Source of the DNA: an uncultured cyanobacterium
Lineage (GTDB): Bacteria; Cyanobacteriota; Cyanobacteriia; CAKZMO01
DNA length: 64,000 nt
Direction: 5' to 3'
Assembly: GCA_963719515.1 (NCBI GenBank)
Contig: CAVRCJ010000003.1
Span: 544,001 to 608,000, forward strand
Part shown: one piece after another, positions 11,683 through 19,848 of the stretch
Layout: each line of letters starts with the position of its first letter
Numbering within the stretch: position 1 is the stretch's first letter
Position numbers and translations under genes: made by a program
The notes under the pieces: generated by a model
Database searches by the model: none
What the model was told of the DNA's origin: nothing
The model's input: the letters and a program-made list of their open reading frames with translations, nothing else

Positions 11683-13878
11683 CTACCCCAGCAGCGCGAT
11701 CGCCCGCTTCTTCAGCGCCTCCGCCGTAATCCCGTTGAGGTCCATCAGCAGCGCCGCGCTATTGGTGGTCTCGCCCCGCTTCCAGGCAAAGGTGTCCCGA
11801 GGGGCATTCGATCGCAGCATCACGGGCTCCAGCATCGTGCTGGCGCCGCCCGTCACCGCAACTACGGCATCGCCACCGAACAGCCGCTCGAATCCGGCGT
11901 CATCTAAAAAGCCGTCATCGGGCTCCGAACAGGTTTCCCAGGCCACGTCGGAGGGGCGATACAGCCGCCGAGGGCTGACCACTGAAACAATTCGGGTGCC
12001 AATGCCCTCCTGCTCCAGGATGGCGGCGGCGTCAAACACCGGCAGCAGCACCATGTCCCCCAGCACCGCAAACACCACCGTTTTGCTGCCCTCAGATTCG
12101 TACAGCGTCACCCCGCCGTCCTGCAGCGCTTGCTGGGTCTGCTCGAAGGTGGTGCGTACCGGTAGGGGAGACTTGCTGGCGGTGATGGTGACGCCCTTAT
12201 TCCGAGCCTCCAGCGCCCAGGCGTAGCAGGCCTGGATACTGTTGGCGTCGGTGGGGAAAAGCGGGAATATATTGCCGTTGCGCATCATCGCCGCCAGGTA
12301 GGCCTCGATCTCCGGGCGCTGATGGGTCCAGCCGTTGCGGCCCTGCTCTAGCGCCCCAGCCGTAAATAGGGTCACCGTGGCAGGGGTAGTGCGCCGCAGC
12401 TCGGCCATGGCCTGGGTTACCGTCTGCCAAATGGGCAAGCCATTGATGGCGAAAGACTCGTAGGAGCACCACAGGGTCCGTCCCCCCATCAGGCATAGCC
12501 CCGCTGCCATCCCGGAGCAGGCGTCTTCGCTCAAGGGCTCGTAGACCTGGCCCTGAGGTCCCTGGTTATAGAGCTCATCTGCTGTAGGATGCAGCACCTT
12601 CAGCGCCTGGTTGATATTTTTGATGCCTGAGGCCTCATTGCCGTCGGCGTTGGTTACCAAAAAGCTGCTGTCCTGCTGCCCTACGTAGGCGACAAGCTGA
12701 CCCATGGCCGTAGTGGCCACTTTGCGATCGCCTTCTACCGGATACTCCTCAAGAGGAAGCTTCCCTAAATCGGGCAGCGATCGCGCTGTCTCGGTGACGG
12801 CGACCTTAGCGGCAGGTCCGCCTCCGGCACGGACGCAGTTAGTGCGCACCAAATCCCAAGCCTCTGGGGACAGCGCGCGCGTTTTGAGGGCGTTGACGAG
12901 GTCTATGTTCTCAAGGGTATGAAAAGCATAGAGATTGTGGGATTTTGACCCCTGGGCGTGGGTGCCTGCCCCCTTGAGCTGCTTGATAATGAGTACGGTG
13001 AGGGTGCCGCCTAGGGCAGCCTGCGCGGCCTCCTGAGCCGCCATCAACATGGCTTTGGTAAAGGCGATGCGGCGATCGATAGAAAAGAGAGTGCTGTCAA
13101 CGTAGTCCCCCGGCTGATCTTGGTCATCAAAGCTCTTGGCGTCGACCAAAATCACTTTGTCAAACCCGTTGCCCAGCCAGTATTCCTCCATGGCGGCGCT
13201 GCTCATCGTGGAGACCATGCTGTGGTGCTCCTGGGAGTAACCGTTCCATACGAGCACCGGCAAAAAGTTGGTTACTTTAGGGAAAGCCGTGTGGAAGTGG
13301 GCCATGGCGCTCATGACGTAGGGCTCACCCAACCCCCCGTCGCCCACGGTGAAGGGAAATAGGGTGCCCTGGTTGAGCAGGGCCGCCGACATGGCAAAGT
13401 GCTGTCCTTGCCCTAAAGGACCGGCGGGGGAAAGGATGCCGGGGACGTAGCCCGATAGGTGTCCCAGCAGGCCGTGCAGCTCGCGGAAGCGATCGCGCAC
13501 TTCCTGCACGGTGTAGATTCCCATGTCCTCTAGAGAACGATCGAGGAACATGGCGCTGTAAAAGCCGGGCGCGTGGTGCCCCACCTCAGTCAAAATATTT
13601 TTATGGCCCAGCATTACCAGCGCGGCGTAGGCCTCGGCCTGGCTAGCAAAGCCGCCGGGATGCCCCGAAGCTTTACTGCCCGTAACCTGGAGCGTCAAGT
13701 AGCGCAGGGCGTCGGCATACAGCAGGGTTTGGTAGGCCGCCGTGTCATCCTCGGGGTTGGCGATCGCCGTCGCCCCCTCCGAGATCACCGGCGATTGTCC
13801 ATGTCGCTCGTAGCCAGCGGGGGGATCGCCGAAATACTGAATGCCTTCCCAAAAGGCGGGCCGGGTGACAGCCGTCAT
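11683..13878 (-). CDS. Phosphoketolase-like thiamine-diphosphate enzyme (cyanobacterial family)
   Basis: SGHPGG, EVGHH, GPLGQG, GDGGLGE TPP motif, NADGNEAS, EPLSEDAC, GRNGWTHQRP. Confidence 0.85.
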   Translation of the reverse strand: MTAVTRPAFWEGIQYFGDPPAGYERHGQSPVISEGATAIANPEDDTAAYQTLLYADALRYLTLQVTGSKASGHPGGFASQAEAYAALVMLGHKNILTEVGHHAPGFYSAMFLDRSLEDMGIYTVQEVRDRFRELHGLLGHLSGYVPGILSPAGPLGQGQHFAMSAALLNQGTLFPFTVGDGGLGEPYVMSAMAHFHTAFPKVTNFLPVLVWNGYSQEHHSMVSTMSSAAMEEYWLGNGFDKVILVDAKSFDDQDQPGDYVDSTLFSIDRRIAFTKAMLMAAQEAAQAALGGTLTVLIIKQLKGAGTHAQGSKSHNLYAFHTLENIDLVNALKTRALSPEAWDLVRTNCVRAGGGPAAKVAVTETARSLPDLGKLPLEEYPVEGDRKVATTAMGQLVAYVGQQDSSFLVTNADGNEASGIKNINQALKVLHPTADELYNQGPQGQVYEPLSEDACSGMAAGLCLMGGRTLWCSYESFAINGLPIWQTVTQAMAELRRTTPATVTLFTAGALEQGRNGWTHQRPEIEAYLAAMMRNGNIFPLFPTDANSIQACYAWALEARNKGVTITASKSPLPVRTTFEQTQQALQDGGVTLYESEGSKTVVFAVLGDMVLLPVFDAAAILEQEGIGTRIVSVVSPRRLYRPSDVAWETCSEPDDGFLDDAGFERLFGGDAVVAVTGGASTMLEPVMLRSNAPRDTFAWKRGETTNSAALLMDLNGITAEALKKRAIALLG

Positions 13879-13961
13879 GAATCAAATCCTCGCTTGTAGC
13901 CTGGGTGACGTAGCTCGTGTAGGGAAGCGTTGCAGCTGATATCCCTTAAGCGATCCTACCG

Positions 13962-15044
13962 CTAAACCGTCATCGCAGATGAGGGCGGCTGAACTAATTC
14001 CAGGTCTAAATTGGGCTTGCTCCACATCTGACCGTCCTGAGCCATATGGTCGATGAGGCTGGCCAACCGCAGGGCCTTGAGCGCCTGCTCACCGCCGACT
14101 GAAGGCTGAAACCCGCCCCGGACGCAGTGAACAAAATGCTCTAGCTCCGCGTGCAAAGGCTCGATATTGCTGGTGTACACCTTCTCAATCAGGCCGTCCT
14201 GCCGGTAAAGGACCTGACCGTGATCTGTAGAGCAGTTGGCGGTAGTCTGCCGGTGAATCAAGATTTCGCTGTTGAGAAAATCGGCTTCGGTGAGGGACTG
14301 CTTGCAGTGGGCCACAATCCTGCGAATCTTACGGTGGGTCACCTTGCTAGCGGTAAGCGTGGCCACAATGCCGTTAGCGAATCCTAGAGTGGCGGTAACG
14401 TAGTCGAGCTGGCCCGAATCGGAGGCGCGGCTACCGCTAGCGGTCAAATGCACTGCGGGGGAGCCCACTAGCTCAAGCAGCAGGTCGATGTCGTGAATCA
14501 TCAAATCCAGCACCACCGAGACATCGTTAGCCCGATCGGAATAGGGGCTCATGCGGTGAGCCTCAATCGCCAAGAGCTCTTCTGCCTTAAGGACCTGGCT
14601 GAGCTCTTGAAACGCCGGGTTAAAGCGCTCGATATGTCCCACCTGGAGAATACATTTGAATTGAGCGGCCGCATTGACGAGGGACTCTGCCTCACTGATG
14701 CTGGCGGCAATAGGCTTTTCGATCAGCACGTGAACCCCAGACTTGAGGCAGGCCATGCCCACTTCGTAGTGCAGCCGCGTCGGCACCGCAATGCATACCG
14801 CATCGACCTGAGGCAGCAGGTCGCGGTAGTTCTCAAAAAATCGCGCCTGGTATTTGCTGGCGGTGTCAAGGCCGCGCTCAACATTGACGTCAGCGACGCC
14901 GATAAAAGAGACATCTTTCAGCAAACTCAAAACTCGTGCGTGGTGCTGGCCCATACTGCCGACGCCGATAATCCCCACTCGCAGAAGCTCTTTCTCTGCC
15001 TTGTGGCGATGGGTAGAGTAGTCGGCTGTTTGATTCGCTTGCAC
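13962..15044 (-). CDS. Gfo/Idh/MocA-family oxidoreductase
   Basis: GVGSMG, HVLIEKPIA, GHIERFNPA, DLMIHDID; GGAGG before the GTG start. Confidence 0.93.
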   Translation of the reverse strand: MQANQTADYSTHRHKAEKELLRVGIIGVGSMGQHHARVLSLLKDVSFIGVADVNVERGLDTASKYQARFFENYRDLLPQVDAVCIAVPTRLHYEVGMACLKSGVHVLIEKPIAASISEAESLVNAAAQFKCILQVGHIERFNPAFQELSQVLKAEELLAIEAHRMSPYSDRANDVSVVLDLMIHDIDLLLELVGSPAVHLTASGSRASDSGQLDYVTATLGFANGIVATLTASKVTHRKIRRIVAHCKQSLTEADFLNSEILIHRQTTANCSTDHGQVLYRQDGLIEKVYTSNIEPLHAELEHFVHCVRGGFQPSVGGEQALKALRLASLIDHMAQDGQMWSKPNLDLELVQPPSSAMTV

Positions 15045-15429
15045 GCCTTTTATGACCTCCTAAAATAAGTCTGCAGAATGCATATAGCCCTCGTCGTGCC
15101 GGTCACTCCGCTGATACAGCCCATGGGCAAATCGTACCACGACTATCTTTACCCAAATCACACGGTCAACGGGAGCAACCTGTGCCACCTCCGCAAGCTG
15201 AACGCTAACAGCAGCGGAACTTATGTAGTTGAGTCCGCCCCCCCTCTTATTCTTCTAGAGTTAAGGAAGACTAAACTCAAGGTCCCCCAAACACAGCTCT
15301 GTGGATAGATGAGAAAGGGGAATTGAGGGAGCCAGTAGGGAAGTCCTGAGGCATTAGAATTACGGTAGGTCAGCATTAATTTTGCTGACCCAGATGATTG
15401 CCTTAGCAGCAAGGTTAAAGACGTCGGCC

Positions 15430-16116
15430 ATGGCCTTAACGATTTTAGTTGTTGATGACGATGTTGGCATTCGGGTGGCCGTTTCGGATTACCTGCAGCT
15501 TTCGGGCTACCTCACCGTTGAGGCACAAGATGGCAAAGAAGCCTTAGAAAAAGTCGGACAGTATCATCCCCACCTCGTCATTGCTGACATTGGCATGCCG
15601 AGGATGTCAGGGTACGAACTCATTCAGCAGGTTCGTCGTCAGCCTGCATTTCGCCTACTGCCCATTATTTTCTTGACGGAGCGGACGACCACTGAAGAGC
15701 GCGTTCGAGGCTATGAAACCGGCTGCGATGTCTACTTGCCCAAGCCCTTTGAGCTCAAGGAGCTTAACGCCGTAGTGCGAAATTTGCTAGAGCGATCGCA
15801 GCTGATACAGACCGCATGGCATCTCCAGATGCATCGCCTCCCCTCCGAGTCTCCTCCAGAGCATTCAGGCGCTTCCCCGACGGCAGTCGACGTCGCACCT
15901 TCCTCCCCCCTGTCCGACTTTTCCATCGATCTCACCTCCCGAGAGCAAGAGGTTCTCGACCTCCTAACAAAAGGACTCTCCAATGCCCAAATTGGAGACG
16001 CCCTTCACCTAAGCGCCCGCACCATCGAAAAGTACGTCAGCAGCCTGCTGCGCAAAGCAGAGGTCAGCAATCGAGCAGAGCTTGTTCGCTTTGCCGTCGA
16101 TCACCATCTAATTTAG
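15430..16116 (+). CDS. NarL/LuxR-family response regulator
   Basis: Receiver (VVDDD, ADIGMP, YLPKPF) plus LuxR HTH (LTSREQEVL...GLSNAQIG...RTIEKYVSSLLRK). Confidence 0.93.
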   Translation: MALTILVVDDDVGIRVAVSDYLQLSGYLTVEAQDGKEALEKVGQYHPHLVIADIGMPRMSGYELIQQVRRQPAFRLLPIIFLTERTTTEERVRGYETGCDVYLPKPFELKELNAVVRNLLERSQLIQTAWHLQMHRLPSESPPEHSGASPTAVDVAPSSPLSDFSIDLTSREQEVLDLLTKGLSNAQIGDALHLSARTIEKYVSSLLRKAEVSNRAELVRFAVDHHLI

Positions 16117-16180
16117 CCTTTCACGATTTGGCCCTTTAGGCTTGACCCCTGACGAATTGCTTCCCCAGTTCGCCTTTGCG

Positions 16181-16663
16181 CTAAGCCTGCAGCTCGGTTT
16201 GAAGCACGTAGGTTAGCAGCCCCCGACAGGCGTCCAGCAGCAGGTCTATAACATGGTTGAAGCCGTCGGTGCCGCCGTAGTAGGGATCTGGAACCTCCTG
16301 ATCACTATGCTGGGAGGCAAACTCGCACATCTGTCGCACTTTGTGGCGGTAGTTCCCCTGGGGGTCGAGCTGAAGGATGTCGCGGTAGTTGGCCCGATCC
16401 ATCGCCACGACCAGGTCAAACGCTTCGAAATCTTCGGCGATAAACTGACGAGCCTGGCCCGCGAGCGCAATGCCCTGCTGCTTAGCCGCCATCGTCATCC
16501 GACCGTCGGGGGCGCTGCCGATGTGGTAGCTTGACGTGCCTGCAGAATCGCAGCTAATTTCGTCCTCAAGCTGCTGCTGGTGGATCAGATGGGTCATGAT
16601 TCCTTCGGCAGAAGGCGATCGGCAAATATTTCCGAGGCAGACGAACAGGATTTTGTAGGGCAT
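16181..16663 (-). CDS. Low-molecular-weight protein-tyrosine phosphatase
   Basis: FVCLGNICRSPSAE P-loop and VPDPYYG; start at MPYKIL. Confidence 0.95.
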   Translation of the reverse strand: MPYKILFVCLGNICRSPSAEGIMTHLIHQQQLEDEISCDSAGTSSYHIGSAPDGRMTMAAKQQGIALAGQARQFIAEDFEAFDLVVAMDRANYRDILQLDPQGNYRHKVRQMCEFASQHSDQEVPDPYYGGTDGFNHVIDLLLDACRGLLTYVLQTELQA

Positions 16664-16797
16664 GTTGGGACGGGCAGTAACGGCTTGAGTTTGGAGAGCG
16701 CTGAGAATGGAGTTACAGCGTGTAAGCAACAAGGACCACAACAGAGATAGAGATGCTATACTCGCAGGACAGTCAGCTCAGTTGGGTTGGCAAGTTA

Positions 16798-16870
16798 GGG
16801 CATGTAGCTCAGTGGATAGAGCATCAGATTCCGGTTCTGAGGGTCGGGGGTTCGAATCCCTCCATGCTCG
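16798..16870 (+). tRNA. tRNA-Arg(CCG)
   Basis: GGGCATG acceptor stem, D arm GCTC/GAGC, TCAGA-TTCCGGT-TCTGA anticodon arm, GTTCGAATCC; CCA not encoded. Confidence 0.97.
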
Positions 16871-17063
16871 TTTGATTTAACCTAAATGGCAAGCGTGCTA
16901 GATAGCGTTTAAGGTGTGCATCACGAGCTAGTTTATTGAACTACGCTCGAATCAGCGTAGATTGCCCTGAAGTAGACTAGCTCAAATTTGGCCTGCGCTG
17001 GCAACCCGCTTCACGCTTACTGGTTTCGGCTACTCTGGAGAGTGCCGACGTTGTGCTGTCGCC

Positions 17064-17648
17064 GTGTTCTCCCCCATCGACCTGCTCTGGGCCTTGATCG
17101 GCCTGATATTAACCATAGGCGGGACATTCTTAGAAGCCTCCATGGCTGGGATTCCGCTCAATTGGTTCGACCCTACAATTCCAGTGCTGTCGCTGCGGGT
17201 GACTTGGCAGGTTGGGGCCGTGCTGCTCATTGGCTGCCTTGGTGGGCGCAATGCAGCGGCCATTTCTCAAATTGCCTACCTATTGCTTGGCCTGACTTGG
17301 TTCAACGTTTTCACCGCTGGCGGGGGACCGAGCTATATTTTTCAGCCGACGTTTGGCTATCTGTTGGGGTTTGTCCCCGCCGCCTGGCTTTGCGGCTGGC
17401 TGGCGTTTCGGCTTCCGCGTCGTCTAGAATCTATTGCCTTCAGCAATCTGTGCGGGCTGCTGACCATTCACGCTGCTGGATTGAGCTACTTGGCGATCGC
17501 CCAAGCAATTACCTGGGATAATACGAGCCTGGGGTCGTTTGCCCGTATGGCAGTCAATTATTCTCTAATTCCGCTGCCGGGCCAGCTTGTTCTGGTTTGT
17601 GCCGTAGCGGTAATTGCTTTTCTACTGCGATACCTCTTGCTGTACTGA
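17064..17648 (+). CDS. bioY: Biotin transporter BioY
   Basis: VTWQVGAVLL, YLLLGL, VFTAGGG...PTFGYLLGF. Confidence 0.9.
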   Translation: MFSPIDLLWALIGLILTIGGTFLEASMAGIPLNWFDPTIPVLSLRVTWQVGAVLLIGCLGGRNAAAISQIAYLLLGLTWFNVFTAGGGPSYIFQPTFGYLLGFVPAAWLCGWLAFRLPRRLESIAFSNLCGLLTIHAAGLSYLAIAQAITWDNTSLGSFARMAVNYSLIPLPGQLVLVCAVAVIAFLLRYLLLY

Positions 17649-17695
17649 ATTTTGACTAATTCTGCATTTGACCCTGCCTTTTCCCCCATTTAATA

Positions 17696-18181
17696 ATGTC
17701 GACCAAAAATCGTCTCTTCTGGATTGCCGCTGCGATCGCGATCGCCCTAGACCAGCTCACGAAATATTGGGTCGTTCAGGCCATGATGCTGCAGGAATCA
17801 GTGCCGCTGTGGGAAGGAGTATTTCACTTTACCTATGTCCTCAACGAGGGCGCGGCCTTCAGCTTGTTCAGCGATAACGGCGGTTGGCTGCGGTGGCTGT
17901 CTCTGATTGTGAGCATAGGGCTAGCGGCCCTAGCGCTCTTAGGTCCGCCCATGACCCGCTGGGAGCAGTGGGGGTTCGGCTTCATTTTGGGGGGAGCGCT
18001 AGGCAACGGCATTGACCGCTTTGCCAGCGGGGCGGTGGTCGATTTTCTGGACTTTCGGCTGATTCGCTTCCCAATTTTTAACCTGGCCGACGTATTTATT
18101 AACGTCGGCATTGCCTGCCTGATGATAGCGGCGTTTTGGCAGTCAGGGCCGTCCAACCGTAGCGATCGCCCCTCTAAGTGA
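17696..18181 (+). CDS. lspA: Lipoprotein signal peptidase II
   Basis: DQLTKYW, NEGAAFS, GALGNGIDR, VVDFL, FPIFNLADVFI. Confidence 0.96.
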   Translation: MSTKNRLFWIAAAIAIALDQLTKYWVVQAMMLQESVPLWEGVFHFTYVLNEGAAFSLFSDNGGWLRWLSLIVSIGLAALALLGPPMTRWEQWGFGFILGGALGNGIDRFASGAVVDFLDFRLIRFPIFNLADVFINVGIACLMIAAFWQSGPSNRSDRPSK

Positions 18182-18230
18182 GCCAAAATTGGGCTGTTAC
18201 TGCAAATAATCCCAAAACGGTGTAGCAGCA

Positions 18231-19760
18231 ATGTTCGCTGAAATCAATATCACTGACCTCCCTGACGTCATTTTGGAGGCGAGCCCGGGCGTCTCTAGCG
18301 CGATCGCAGACGATGGCCGCGATGATGGAGCCGCAATCCAGGCGACGCTGGACTGGCTAGCCGAGCAGCAGGCCGCAGGCCTCACCGCAGGGCTAACCCT
18401 TTACCTGCCCCAAGGCACTTTCGAGCTGAGAGAAACCCTGCGCGTGGACACCCCTAACGTGACCTTTCGCGGCGCTGGGGGCAGGCTCACCGTTCTGCAG
18501 AATGGTGACGAATTCGAGGTTGGCTTGGCGGGGCTCCCGGACTCAGGCACCAACGCCAGCTCCGTCGACAGCGCGGCCTACCTGTTCGATTTGGGCGAGA
18601 ATGCCGACAACGTCACATTTTCGGATATGACCCTAACCGGACCAGAGATCCACGGCGGTATCTTTGGCTTTAAGGCTGACGGCCTTGAGGTCAGCGATAT
18701 GGTCTTTGACAATTTTTTGTGGAGTGCGGTCCGCCTCTTTAATTTGAGTGATGCCAAGATTCACGACAGCGTCTTCGTCGATGCGGGTGGGCAGGCAGAA
18801 GGCAGCAGCGGCGAAACCGCCGGTTCGATCTATGCAACCTACCTAAAAGACTCCCAAATCTACAACAACGAAATCTCTAAAAGCGGAGAGAGCGCGCGCA
18901 ACGTCTACGGAATTAAAGGGCGGCAGTTTAAGAACGCAGAAATTTATAACAACACGATCAACACCAATTTCGCTATTGAGCTTCCCCACGAGAACGATGA
19001 GTTTGTTGAAATCCACCACAATTTCTTAGACGGGGTCATTTCAATTCCGAAATATGGCGGGGGCAGCGTGCCTGATACGGGGTTTACGTTCCACATTCAC
19101 CATAACTATTTTACGCGCTCTTATTCTCTAGAATGGACCCGCAACGGGGCTAAGGTTGACCACAACGTATTCGTTTTCGACCCTGAGCAAGATGGCGGCA
19201 ATTTAATTTCGAGCTTTGGCTCACAGCCTGCGCCGGGGCCCACTGAATTTAGCAACAATCTTATTTTGAATCCGGGGCGAGGCGTCTTTTGGGGGGAGGG
19301 CGTCTACAACAATTTCTCGTTTCGCAACAATGAAGTGATAGTCAACGAGACGGTAACCCCCCGGACTGACGGTCTTTTTGGCCTCGACAGCGACACAAAC
19401 TTCAGCACCATCGAAATTTCAAACAACGTCATTGAGGTCAGAGGAACCCCGCGCCCGCTGATGCGCAATGACGCGAGCTACGGCGCAACGGTGAAAAACA
19501 ACACCTTGAGGAATGTCTCTGACGCGGATCGGTACGACAATTCCCGCAGCAGTGCCCCTCGTGGTTTGGCGGAGCCCTTAGCGTTTCGGGTCGGGGTGTA
19601 CGGTAAGTTTGGCGTAGATAGCGATCGCCTCCGCGCGGAGGCCCTTAAGGATGAATCTAAGAGTGAATCCAAAAGTTTGTGGATGCGCCAGAGCTACAAT
19701 CTGATTCAGCAGCAGCCTTGGCTCAAGCCGCTTTTTCAGTGGTTTGAGGACCGCCTTTGA
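18231..19760 (+). CDS. Right-handed parallel beta-helix (pectate-lyase-like) protein
   Basis: DDGRDDGAAIQATL...LYLPQGTF N-terminal motif; Asn/Ile-rich repeats (IYNNEI, IYNNTI, IHHNF, FRNNEV). Confidence 0.75.
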   Translation: MFAEINITDLPDVILEASPGVSSAIADDGRDDGAAIQATLDWLAEQQAAGLTAGLTLYLPQGTFELRETLRVDTPNVTFRGAGGRLTVLQNGDEFEVGLAGLPDSGTNASSVDSAAYLFDLGENADNVTFSDMTLTGPEIHGGIFGFKADGLEVSDMVFDNFLWSAVRLFNLSDAKIHDSVFVDAGGQAEGSSGETAGSIYATYLKDSQIYNNEISKSGESARNVYGIKGRQFKNAEIYNNTINTNFAIELPHENDEFVEIHHNFLDGVISIPKYGGGSVPDTGFTFHIHHNYFTRSYSLEWTRNGAKVDHNVFVFDPEQDGGNLISSFGSQPAPGPTEFSNNLILNPGRGVFWGEGVYNNFSFRNNEVIVNETVTPRTDGLFGLDSDTNFSTIEISNNVIEVRGTPRPLMRNDASYGATVKNNTLRNVSDADRYDNSRSSAPRGLAEPLAFRVGVYGKFGVDSDRLRAEALKDESKSESKSLWMRQSYNLIQQQPWLKPLFQWFEDRL

Positions 19761-19848
19761 GCGAATCTCCTCAGCCAAGCGTTTCGTGGCCATGCCTCTC
19801 GGGCTGCTCCCTCGAACCTGACGAAAAGGACCACCTACAGGCATCGCC

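Noticed and set aside
16936..16960. TGAACTACGCT...AGCGTAG hairpin resembling the tnpB right end
   Set aside because: Only about 9 nt match and no left end is present; could be a hairpin downstream of the tRNA
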